In this document: piece after piece, positions 17,599 through 25,356 of the stretch
How positions within the stretch are numbered: the first letter of the stretch is position 1
Layout of the letters: every line of letters begins with the position of its first letter
Source: Burkholderiales bacterium
Lineage (GTDB): Bacteria > Pseudomonadota > Gammaproteobacteria > Burkholderiales > Ga0077523
Assembly (NCBI GenBank): GCA_019745565.1
Contig: JAIESW010000005.1
Span: 235 to 64,234, forward strand
Direction: 5' to 3'
Length of the DNA: 64,000 nt
Program-made: the position numbers and the translations under genes
Notes under the pieces: model-generated
What the model was told of the DNA's origin: nothing
The model's database searches: none
What the model saw: the letters and a program-made list of their open reading frames with translations, nothing else

Positions 17599-18645
17599 TC
17601 ACACCAGCGGCCCGGAATACTTCTCGAGCATCGCCCAGGCCTCGTCACCGAACGTCCCGCGCCACTTCTTGTAGTAGCCCGCCTGGGATATGGCCTTGCG
17701 GAACAGCTCGGGATCGGTGCGGTGGAACTCCAGGCCGAACTTCGTCAGTTCGGTCTCGACGTTCCGGTTGACCTCGACCAGGTCTTCGCGCTCCCGCATC
17801 GCGGCCTCGTTGAAGTTGCGCGCCAGGACTTCCTTCAGATTGTCCGGCAGGGCGGCCCAGACCTTGCCGTTCACCAGGGTGAACTGGCCATCCCACATGT
17901 GGTTGGTGATGGAAATGTACTTCTGCACCTCGTACAGCTTGGCGATCAGGATCAGCGACAGCGGATTCTCCTGGCCGTCGACGATGTGCGTCTGCAACGC
18001 CGAATACACCTCGGCGAAGTTGATCGAAGTCGGTGCCGCGCCCAGATGCTGGAAGAGCGATCCCCACAGCGGGCTCACCGGCACGCGGATCTTGAAGCCC
18101 TTCAGGTCCTCCGGCGTCAGGATCGGCTTGGTGCTGCTGGTGATCTGCCGGAAGCCGATGTCCCACAGCTTGTCGAAGGCGTGCAGGTTGACCCGCGCGA
18201 TCACGCCGCGCAGATATGCGCCGAGATCGCCGTCGAGGGCCGCCCAGACCTGGGAATAGTCCTTGAAGGCGAAGCCGACCCCGTACAGTGCCGTCTGCTT
18301 CACCATGGTGGACAGCACGTTGGTGCCCGACAGCACGAACATCTCCAGGGCACCGCTGCGAAGCTGCGACAGCATGTCGGAGTCGCCGCCCAGCTGGTTG
18401 TTGGGAAACATCCGTACTTCCAGCTGCCCGTTCGATTCCTCCAGGATCTTCGGCACGATCTCCTTGACCCGCACGTTGATCGGGTGGGTCATGGGCAGAT
18501 TGCCCGCGAACTTGAACCGGTACTTCGGCCGTGCCGCCTGGCTGCGACTGCTGAGGATGCCGAACAGCGGCAGCGTGGCACCGGCAACCAATGCTCGACG
18601 ACGGTTCGCGCCCTGAGGTTGAGGCTTTGCGCTGTCGGTCGTCAT
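17599..18645 (-). CDS. dctP: TRAP transporter substrate-binding protein (DctP family)
   Basis: This is the last 348 codons of track ORF 17599-20466. ATG 18645 overlaps the permease stop as ATGA. MTTDSAKPQPQGANRRRALVAGATLPLFG is a signal (RR-type). The DctP body includes FKFAGNLPMTHP...QLEVRMFPNNQLG...ALQTHIVDGQENP. Confidence 0.9.
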   Translation of the reverse strand: MTTDSAKPQPQGANRRRALVAGATLPLFGILSSRSQAARPKYRFKFAGNLPMTHPINVRVKEIVPKILEESNGQLEVRMFPNNQLGGDSDMLSQLRSGALEMFVLSGTNVLSTMVKQTALYGVGFAFKDYSQVWAALDGDLGAYLRGVIARVNLHAFDKLWDIGFRQITSSTKPILTPEDLKGFKIRVPVSPLWGSLFQHLGAAPTSINFAEVYSALQTHIVDGQENPLSLILIAKLYEVQKYISITNHMWDGQFTLVNGKVWAALPDNLKEVLARNFNEAAMREREDLVEVNRNVETELTKFGLEFHRTDPELFRKAISQAGYYKKWRGTFGDEAWAMLEKYSGPLV

Positions 18646-20537
18646 TTCTTCAGGAAGCCGATCGAGATCCACGGCACCGTCGCCACGACGATCAGGCCCA
18701 CCGTCAGGGCCAGCAGGTAGCCGAGGATGGGGCGTATGCCCTCGTTCGGGTTGGTGCGGCCGATCGCACACGCGGCGTAGTAGCCGACGCCGAAGGGCGG
18801 CGCGAACAGGCCGATGCCCATCGCGAGGATCACGATCATGGCGTAGTGCACCTGGTGTACACCCATCTGCTTGGCGATGGGGAACAGCAGCGGACCGAAC
18901 AGCACGATCGCGGGTATGCCCTCCAGCACGCTGCCCAGGATGACGAAGACCACGATCGACACCGCGATGAAGCCGACCCTGCCGCCCGGAATCGCGGCCA
19001 TCGCTTCGGCGAGGCTCTGCGAGAAACCCGACTGCGTGAGCGACCACGCCATGCCGGTGGCCGCACCGATGATGAGCAGGATGGCGCCGGACAGCGCCGC
19101 GGTCTCCACCAGCATCGGCAGCAGGCGGCGCCAGTTGAACTGGCGGTAGATCAGCAGCCCTGCGATGACCGAGTAGGCGATGCCGATGGTCGAGACTTCG
19201 GTCGCGGTCGCGATGCCCTCCACCACGGCGGCACGGATCACGAACGGCAGGGCGATGGCGGGTGCGGCGATCAGCAGCGTGCGTCCGATCTGTTTCCCGG
19301 TCGCGCGCTGCACGTGCGACAGATCCTCGTTCCGATAGCGCCACCACACGAGCGCGCACAGGGTGAGCCCGAGCACCACCGCCGGCAGCATGCCGCCGGT
19401 AAACAGGGAGGCGATCGACACACCGGTCACCGAGCCTATCGTGAGCAGCACGAGGCTCGGCGGAATGGTTTCGGTCTGTGCACCGGTTGCGGAGAGCAGG
19501 GCCACGAGATCGCCTTTCTTCGCGCCGCGCCGCTCCATTTCCGGAAACAGGACCGGCGCTACCGCCGCCATGTCCGCGGCCTTCGACCCGGAGATGCCCG
19601 AAACCAGGTACATCGAACCCACCAGCACGTAGTGCAGGCCACCGCGCACGTGGCCCAACAGCGAACCGAGGAAAGTCACCATCGCGCGCGCCATCCCGGT
19701 CATCTCGATCAACAGCCCGAGGAAGACGAACAACGGCACCGAAAGCAGGATCAGGTGGGACATGCCCTCGTCCATGCGTCCCACGATCGCGGTCATCGGA
19801 ATCAACGTCGTGATGGCTAGGTAGCCGTACGTCGCAAGCCCGAAGGCGAAGGCGATCGGCACGCCGGCAAAGACGTTGAGCGCAACGATGCCGACGAAGA
19901 AGACGAGCAGGTTCTCGTTGTCGAGCTCGAACAGGACGGGTTGCAGAAGCAGGAGAATGCCGATGACGAAGCCGATGGCCGCCAACGCACCGAGGATGTG
20001 GCGCCAGCTGCCCGTTTCCAGAAGGCGCATCAATGCGATGAACAGCATGAGTGCGCTGCCGACCGGCAACGCGGCGGCACGCCAGGCATTGGTGATCTCC
20101 AGGGCCGGCGTGGTGATCACCACCTCGTCGTGCGCGAACTCGTAGGCCGGGTAGACGATGAGTGCCAGGAAGGTGAGCGCCGCGGCGATGGCCAGCACCT
20201 CGAGGAACGCTCGCACCTGGGGAGAAACCATGCTCACGACGGCGGTCATACGCATGTGCTCGCCGCGCCGCAGCGCGACGACGGCACCCAGCATCGCCAT
20301 CCACAGGAACAGGATCGAGGCCAGCTCGTCGGACCAGAGGATCGGTCGATGGAAGACGTAGCGGGACACCACGCCCGCGAACAGGATCACCACGTCGGCC
20401 GCCACCAGGAGCGCAGCGGCATACTCGACCGCGGTTCCGACCACCGTCTCGAGAGACACCAGCCATTTGGGCACGCCGGCTGCGGGCGGCGCAGGAGCTG
20501 CGCCGGGGTCGGCAAACTCGGAATGGGGGTTCCTCAT
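18642..20537 (-). CDS. TRAP transporter fused small/large permease (DctQ-DctM)
   Basis: 631 aa. The N-terminal roughly 170 aa has a 4-TM DctQ-like part (RPILWSDELASILFLWMAMLG), followed by a 12-TM DctM-like part. Confidence 0.9.
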   Translation of the reverse strand: MRNPHSEFADPGAAPAPPAAGVPKWLVSLETVVGTAVEYAAALLVAADVVILFAGVVSRYVFHRPILWSDELASILFLWMAMLGAVVALRRGEHMRMTAVVSMVSPQVRAFLEVLAIAAALTFLALIVYPAYEFAHDEVVITTPALEITNAWRAAALPVGSALMLFIALMRLLETGSWRHILGALAAIGFVIGILLLLQPVLFELDNENLLVFFVGIVALNVFAGVPIAFAFGLATYGYLAITTLIPMTAIVGRMDEGMSHLILLSVPLFVFLGLLIEMTGMARAMVTFLGSLLGHVRGGLHYVLVGSMYLVSGISGSKAADMAAVAPVLFPEMERRGAKKGDLVALLSATGAQTETIPPSLVLLTIGSVTGVSIASLFTGGMLPAVVLGLTLCALVWWRYRNEDLSHVQRATGKQIGRTLLIAAPAIALPFVIRAAVVEGIATATEVSTIGIAYSVIAGLLIYRQFNWRRLLPMLVETAALSGAILLIIGAATGMAWSLTQSGFSQSLAEAMAAIPGGRVGFIAVSIVVFVILGSVLEGIPAIVLFGPLLFPIAKQMGVHQVHYAMIVILAMGIGLFAPPFGVGYYAACAIGRTNPNEGIRPILGYLLALTVGLIVVATVPWISIGFLKK

Positions 20538-20746
20538 CTCAGCGAGTCGAACACCTTATGTGGATGCTCTGGTAACTCGGCCTTCCGACGATGATTCTCG
20601 CGCCCGATGGGACGCATCACTCCTTCCGTGCTCAGCACGAACGGTCACGATGGGCGAAAGATGCGGGTGACCGATGGCAGACAGTTCACATCTCAAGGCC
20701 CACGCGTGTCAAGGAGAAGTGCGCACTGCACGCTCGATGCTCGGCT

Positions 20747-22111
20747 TCAGCGATCACCTCGCGCTGCACCAAAATAATCCGCCTTGCCCATCTGACCCCC
20801 TTTCAGCGCGACCTCCAGGCCGTCGAGCTCGGGGTCTTCCGAGTAACCACGGCACAGCGGCGCGCCGGGTGTCAGCTCGGCGAGCATCTCGAGGCCGTAG
20901 AGGCCGAGTTCCTGGGTTGCATAGCTCGACGTGTCGCCGCCCGCCACGACGACGCGGCGCAGACTGGTGCGGGCCAGCAGATCGCGGGCGATCCGGCCCA
21001 GCGCGCTGCCGAGCATCCTGGCGGTATTCGCCGAGCCCGCTGTCAGCGTTTCACGTGTCGCCTGGATGCTGGGGTCATCCGGACCGGCCGCGGTGTAGAT
21101 CACGACGCTGCGTCCCGCGGATAGCGAAGCCAGGGCCCGCTCGAACACATCCTTCAATGGCGCGTCCGTGGCCTGCGGCCGGCACAGCGCCTCGGTCGGC
21201 GCACGCAAGCAGTCGAAGCCGTGCGCCGACGCCCACTGGATCTGCGTCGCCGTCATCGGGGAAGCGCTGCCGGATACGACGATCAGTTGCTTCACCGGCA
21301 CCACGGGCGGGAACGTCGCCCGCGCCGCAGCGATCACGCCGCTCGCGCGCCAGTGTGCGGCGAGCGCGTACTCGACACCGGACGAGCCGATGGCGAAGTG
21401 CTGCGCGTGCCGGGCCTGCTGCCATATCAGCCGACCGACAGTGCCGAGGCTCCGATCGTCGGCCACGTCGTAGAGCAGGAGGTCGGGACGGTCGGCCAGC
21501 TTCTGTGCGTGACGCGCATCGACCTCCGCGGCCGGGCCGTCGAGTTCAGGCAGGCTCATCAACCCGATGCTGGCTCGGGTCTGATGTGAAAGGTGGATGC
21601 GCAGATCGGCCTCGTGCATGGGCGTCACCGGGTGACGCGACATGGTCGGATGCCGGTCCAGCCGGAAAACCTCGGTGCCGGCCGCGGCGAAATGATTCCC
21701 GAATACGGTGTACCGCCGCAGCGGCGGAGCGCCCGCGGCCACCGAGATCGTCGCGCCCGGATTCAGTTTGCGGCGCACCAGGTCGGCGACGTGTCCGATG
21801 CTGCCGATCTCGGGCGCCGAATCGAAAGTGGAGCAGACCTTGTAGTGCGTGAGCGGCGCCTTCAACGCCCATAGCTCGCGCAGCACCGGGTCGAGCTGCT
21901 CGTCCATTTCAGCCGGGGACATCGCTCGACTGGTACCGGCCACACCGATGCAACGCAGGTCGGGAAACCTCGCGGCGACGAACGCCGGTTCCGGTGGCTC
22001 GAGGAACAGTACCGTCCGCAATCCGGAGACGGCCAACGCCTCCATCGCATCGGTGGAGCCGGTGAAATCGTCGCCGTAGAAGGCGAGCAGCAGTTCGGAG
22101 CCGGAAGCCAT
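20747..22111 (-). CDS. Four-carbon acid-sugar kinase family protein (DUF1537; OtnK/DtnK/OiaK-like)
   Basis: Start at ATG 22111 overlaps the RLP stop by 1 nt (TGATG). MASGSELLLAFYGDDFTGSTDAMEAL is the family N-terminal motif, and VVAGGDTSSYATQELG is the C-terminal nucleotide-binding part. The longer track ORF (to 22636) is out of frame with the RLP gene. Confidence 0.85.
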   Translation of the reverse strand: MASGSELLLAFYGDDFTGSTDAMEALAVSGLRTVLFLEPPEPAFVAARFPDLRCIGVAGTSRAMSPAEMDEQLDPVLRELWALKAPLTHYKVCSTFDSAPEIGSIGHVADLVRRKLNPGATISVAAGAPPLRRYTVFGNHFAAAGTEVFRLDRHPTMSRHPVTPMHEADLRIHLSHQTRASIGLMSLPELDGPAAEVDARHAQKLADRPDLLLYDVADDRSLGTVGRLIWQQARHAQHFAIGSSGVEYALAAHWRASGVIAAARATFPPVVPVKQLIVVSGSASPMTATQIQWASAHGFDCLRAPTEALCRPQATDAPLKDVFERALASLSAGRSVVIYTAAGPDDPSIQATRETLTAGSANTARMLGSALGRIARDLLARTSLRRVVVAGGDTSSYATQELGLYGLEMLAELTPGAPLCRGYSEDPELDGLEVALKGGQMGKADYFGAARGDR

Positions 22112-23379
22112 CAGCCGCGGCCTCCGAACTTGTCGATCGCAGCGCGCAACTCCGGATGGGTTTGCGCATATGCCTCCAGTGTTGCCCCGGCCAGCGCGGC
22201 TTGCCAGCCTTGCTGCATGCTGAGTACGCCGGCGGCGGTGCCGCCCGGATGCGCGATGATGCCGCCGCCGGCCAGGTGCACGACGTCGATGGTTCTGGTG
22301 GCGGCATAGATCGGCAGCGCCGAGCCGGCCCACTGCGCGGAGGAAATGGCGGGCATGACCCGGTAGTCCCCGTACAGCGGCGTGAGGCAGTCCTTGATGG
22401 AGCGCCCCACCTCGTCGTTGCTTTCGTAGAACTTGCCGTTGAAACCGCCCACGTGCAGGTGGTCCACACCGGCCAGCCGGCACAGTTTCTGGTAGGCCGT
22501 GAATCCGATGCCCAGCAGCGGGTGACGCGACATCGCACCGAAGTTCGCGCGGTGGCCGTGGATCGGCAGCTCGCAATGGCGGCGCACGTGAGCGAGCGCG
22601 GCGAAGCCGACGCTGTTGATGTTGATCATCACGCACGTGCCGCCGGCTTTGCGGATCAGGTCGTGGCTGCGCAGCATGTGATCCACGTCGCCGGTGATGT
22701 TGAAGGCGTACATGGCCTTCTTGCCGGTGGCGTCGGCGACCCGCTGGATCTCGGCCATGACCGAGGCGACCCGCTCGGCCAGGGAGAAATAGGGCGGGTC
22801 GGCCTGCAGCTCGTCATCCTTGATGAAGTCGAGTCCGGCCGAAGCGAGGTCGCGGACGAGCTTGCACAGCGCTTCCTTGGACAGGCCGATGCTGGGTTTG
22901 ACGATCGTCCCGATCAGCGGGCGGCCCGACACCTGTGCGAGCTTGCGCGTCCCGTCAATGCCGAACGCCGGGCCCGGATAGCGTTCGGCGAACGCGGGAG
23001 GCAATTCGAGGTCTTCCAGCCGCAACCCCGACACCTCCTGCAGTTCGTAGAGGTTGCCGGCGACCGTGGAGAGCAGACTCGGCAACGACGGGCCGAAATT
23101 GTGCAGCGGAAACGAGATGGTTATGCGGCCGCGCCGATACTGGACGTTGCCGCCGGCGGAGCGGGGGGGGTTGCTGCCCGGCAGGCTCGGAGCGGCAACC
23201 GCTTCGAGAGCTTCGATACGCAGGACCTGTGCCCCGTAGCGCTGCTTCAGCTCGTTGGTCTCTCCGGGGATCGCGACGAAGGTGCCGCTCGACTGCTCCC
23301 CGGCGATCACGGCGGCAGCATGATCGAGCGGGTGCGGTGTTTCGATGAGGTAAGTCGCTAGGACACTGTCCTGAACCAT
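22111..23379 (-). CDS. RuBisCO-like protein (form IV RLP, large-subunit homologue)
   Basis: 422 aa. GTIVKPSIGLS (compare KPKLGLS), GLDFIKDDE (carbamate Lys plus metal Asp/Glu), IHGHRA, GVDHLHVGGFNGKF, and HLAGGGIIAHPGG. No small-subunit or prk gene is nearby. Confidence 0.9.
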   Translation of the reverse strand: MVQDSVLATYLIETPHPLDHAAAVIAGEQSSGTFVAIPGETNELKQRYGAQVLRIEALEAVAAPSLPGSNPPRSAGGNVQYRRGRITISFPLHNFGPSLPSLLSTVAGNLYELQEVSGLRLEDLELPPAFAERYPGPAFGIDGTRKLAQVSGRPLIGTIVKPSIGLSKEALCKLVRDLASAGLDFIKDDELQADPPYFSLAERVASVMAEIQRVADATGKKAMYAFNITGDVDHMLRSHDLIRKAGGTCVMININSVGFAALAHVRRHCELPIHGHRANFGAMSRHPLLGIGFTAYQKLCRLAGVDHLHVGGFNGKFYESNDEVGRSIKDCLTPLYGDYRVMPAISSAQWAGSALPIYAATRTIDVVHLAGGGIIAHPGGTAAGVLSMQQGWQAALAGATLEAYAQTHPELRAAIDKFGGRG

Positions 23380-23454
23380 GTTGCCTCCTGTTTCATGGTC
23401 TTGTTGTGGGATTGTGCAGCGATTTTTCGCGTGACCCCGCAGGTTGCCGAAGGA

Positions 23455-23748
23455 TCAGGGTCGTTTGCCGGTCCGAACCACCCACCAGTTGCCGCAGAGC
23501 ATCAACATGTGCGCCAGGACTTCCGTGACGAACAGCAGCAGGAACAGCGCGCCACCCCAGTACCCGACCACCATGAGGAGCTTCGGTTCGATGAAGCACG
23601 CCAGGGCCACGGCCAGCAGGATGCCGACCGCTACGACGCGACCGAGAATCCCGATGCCCTTGCCGCGCGCGAACAGCGACTGACCGAACCCCCTGCCGCT
23701 CGTGGACCAGTCGGACAGCAGGAAGAAACGCTTGAGACCGCCGATCAT
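23455..23748 (-). CDS. Hypothetical small membrane protein (2 TM)
   Basis: 97 aa with high GC3 in this frame. TM segments VVAVGILLAVALACFI and GGALFLLLFVTEVLAHMLML. No family recognised. Confidence 0.6.
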   Translation of the reverse strand: MIGGLKRFFLLSDWSTSGRGFGQSLFARGKGIGILGRVVAVGILLAVALACFIEPKLLMVVGYWGGALFLLLFVTEVLAHMLMLCGNWWVVRTGKRP

Positions 23749-23835
23749 GGGAGTCTGGCGTGGGAGAGTGCTCGCGTGCGCAGGAAACGAAGCCGATAGT
23801 AACGCGCGCAGGGATACGCAGCGCCGGGACCGATG

Positions 23836-24120
23836 TCACGCGGCGATGAACTCCCGGGCTTCGTCGAGAGTATCGAAGCGGTGGCACCGGTGGGGCGACG
23901 GACCCAGATTGTCGACCGCAGCGATCAACGCGTGAACCACCGGATGGTTCCCGACGCACGCGATCTTCGCCTTCGGATTCCGGAGCGGGGCAATGCTGGC
24001 CCGGACGGCCATGAACTCGATGTCGATCTGAGACACGATGACTTCGGTGGCGGCGTTGAAGTCATGAATGATGAAGCGCAGATCATCGAGTCGCGCGCTG
24101 CTCTGCAGTTCGACAACCAT
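23836..24120 (-). CDS. Hypothetical small cytoplasmic protein (possibly STAS-like fold)
   Basis: 94 aa. GC3 clearly favours this frame over the antisense 140-aa ORF. No confident family assignment. Confidence 0.6.
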   Translation of the reverse strand: MVVELQSSARLDDLRFIIHDFNAATEVIVSQIDIEFMAVRASIAPLRNPKAKIACVGNHPVVHALIAAVDNLGPSPHRCHRFDTLDEAREFIAA

Positions 24121-24190
24121 GGTGGATCTCTAGGCATAGAAGAACGCAATGCACGATCCCATGATCGCTATCGCACCGAAGAGGCTACGG

Positions 24191-24664
24191 CTAGAGCTTC
24201 GTCCAGTCTTCGAGCACGCAACCTGTATTCCACCGCTCGGGCGAACTGTCGCTGACGACCGCGGTGCGAATCTGATCCTGTCGCGACACCAGTCCCACGT
24301 CGATCTCGTAGGGACCGCCCGAACCGGAACCGTAGTACCGAATGCGGATGAGCGCCGAGTTGTCGCCCCCGTATCGGCCTTCACGGTCCCACGGGGTTTG
24401 CGCAACGACCGCGGTTTCGTAGCGCGCGGTGCCGTGGTAGCAGTGCAGTATGGTCTGCGCCAGATCAGCGAAGGTCTCGGGCATCCGCGTCTCACTGGAG
24501 TCCGGCGCGAACGGCGAGACGGCGCTGTGGTTTGCCGATGCCTCGGATTGGGCCGCGACGAAGCGGATCGCCTGGAAGATCTCCTTGACCGTCAGGAACT
24601 CGAGCTGAGCCGACGCTGAATGGGACAACGCGACGAGCATGAGAATGAACCAGGCGTATCGCAC
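24191..24664 (-). CDS. Hypothetical secreted protein
   Basis: 157 aa. Signal peptide MRYAWFILMLVALSHSASA-QLE. GC3-rich frame. No family recognised. Confidence 0.65.
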   Translation of the reverse strand: MRYAWFILMLVALSHSASAQLEFLTVKEIFQAIRFVAAQSEASANHSAVSPFAPDSSETRMPETFADLAQTILHCYHGTARYETAVVAQTPWDREGRYGGDNSALIRIRYYGSGSGGPYEIDVGLVSRQDQIRTAVVSDSSPERWNTGCVLEDWTKL

Positions 24665-24770
24665 GTCTTCGGCTGCCGGATCCCGGGGGGCGGGATCGAG
24701 TTCAGAGGAAAGAGGAAATGACGGCCATCGTCCGTGTCAAACAAGGAGGCCGCACTCGTATCGGACACAT

Positions 24771-25019
24771 CTATTGATTGCGACGCATCGAGTCATCCGC
24801 TAACCGCTGTCGTGCGCGTTCCCGCAACGACAGCAGAAGAGTCTGGGTTACCGACGCAACTTCCAACAGCTCCTGCAACGGCATATGGGCCACCTCGTCG
24901 ATCCCGGTCAGCCCTGCTTCGACCAACGCATGGGCAACCTGCTCATCGATGTCGAGAGACCGCATGAACATCTCGACGGCGGCTTGATCGGGATCATCCA
25001 TGTCGACCACCAAGTTCAC
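24771..25019 (-). CDS. Free-standing NusA C-terminal acidic-repeat (AR, double helix-hairpin-helix) domain protein
   Basis: 82 aa. SLDIDEQVAHALVEAGLTGIDEVAHMPLQELLEVASVTQTLLLSLRERARQRLA aligns by eye with E. coli NusA AR1 ([53 protein letters not shown]). Confidence 0.65.
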   Translation of the reverse strand: MNLVVDMDDPDQAAVEMFMRSLDIDEQVAHALVEAGLTGIDEVAHMPLQELLEVASVTQTLLLSLRERARQRLADDSMRRNQ

Positions 25020-25356
25020 GGGTCACCTGCGCTTTGGATATGGCACCTCACGTCGGCCTGACAGTATGAACACACGATCCGGCTCAGGCGCTGCAGCATC
25101 CGGGCGGAGGACGCCTGCGCGGACTGGGTTCGACGAAGGGTGTTGTATCACGGCTGCAGGCATCGGCGCGACCCCGGCGCGACGGAGGTGAAAGCCCCCG
25201 GGACTCCTATGCCGGCCCTGGGGGAGAAGCCCTGGCTGCAGCTGTATCGGAGAACGCCGCATGTCGAACCCGCTGGATCGTCTCGGCAAAGGCCGCTCGA
25301 ATAGGGTCACCACGATGAGGGCCGTCGCGCTCCGGGACGATACAATTAGCGGGCGC

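Noticed and set aside
18646-20466. N-terminal 600 codons of the 955-aa ORF 17599-20466
   Set aside because: It overlaps the DctQM permease gene out of frame, and the translation is Arg/Gly/Pro-rich nonsense. The real gene is the C-terminal DctP portion, which starts at ATG 18645 and overlaps the permease stop as ATGA.
22112-22636. N-terminal extension of the kinase ORF (629-aa version, 20747-22636)
   Set aside because: The extension overlaps the RLP gene in another frame and is Arg/Pro-rich. The conserved DUF1537 N-terminal motif (YGDDFTGSTD) begins right after ATG 22111.
22111-23379. RLP as a bona fide CO2-fixing RuBisCO
   Set aside because: The Lys177 equivalent and the phosphate-binding loop are substituted. 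No small subunit, phosphoribulokinase, carboxysome or cbbX/cbbR genes are nearby. The gene is coupled instead to an acid-sugar kinase.
25261-25356. Upstream ATG for the DinG/YoaA helicase (684-aa version)
   Set aside because: The first 32 codons are poorly protein-like (MSNPLDRLGKGRSNRVTTMRAVALRDDTISGR). The family N-terminus aligns better from MNDLDEVFSAGGPL. This is uncertain, and either start is possible.
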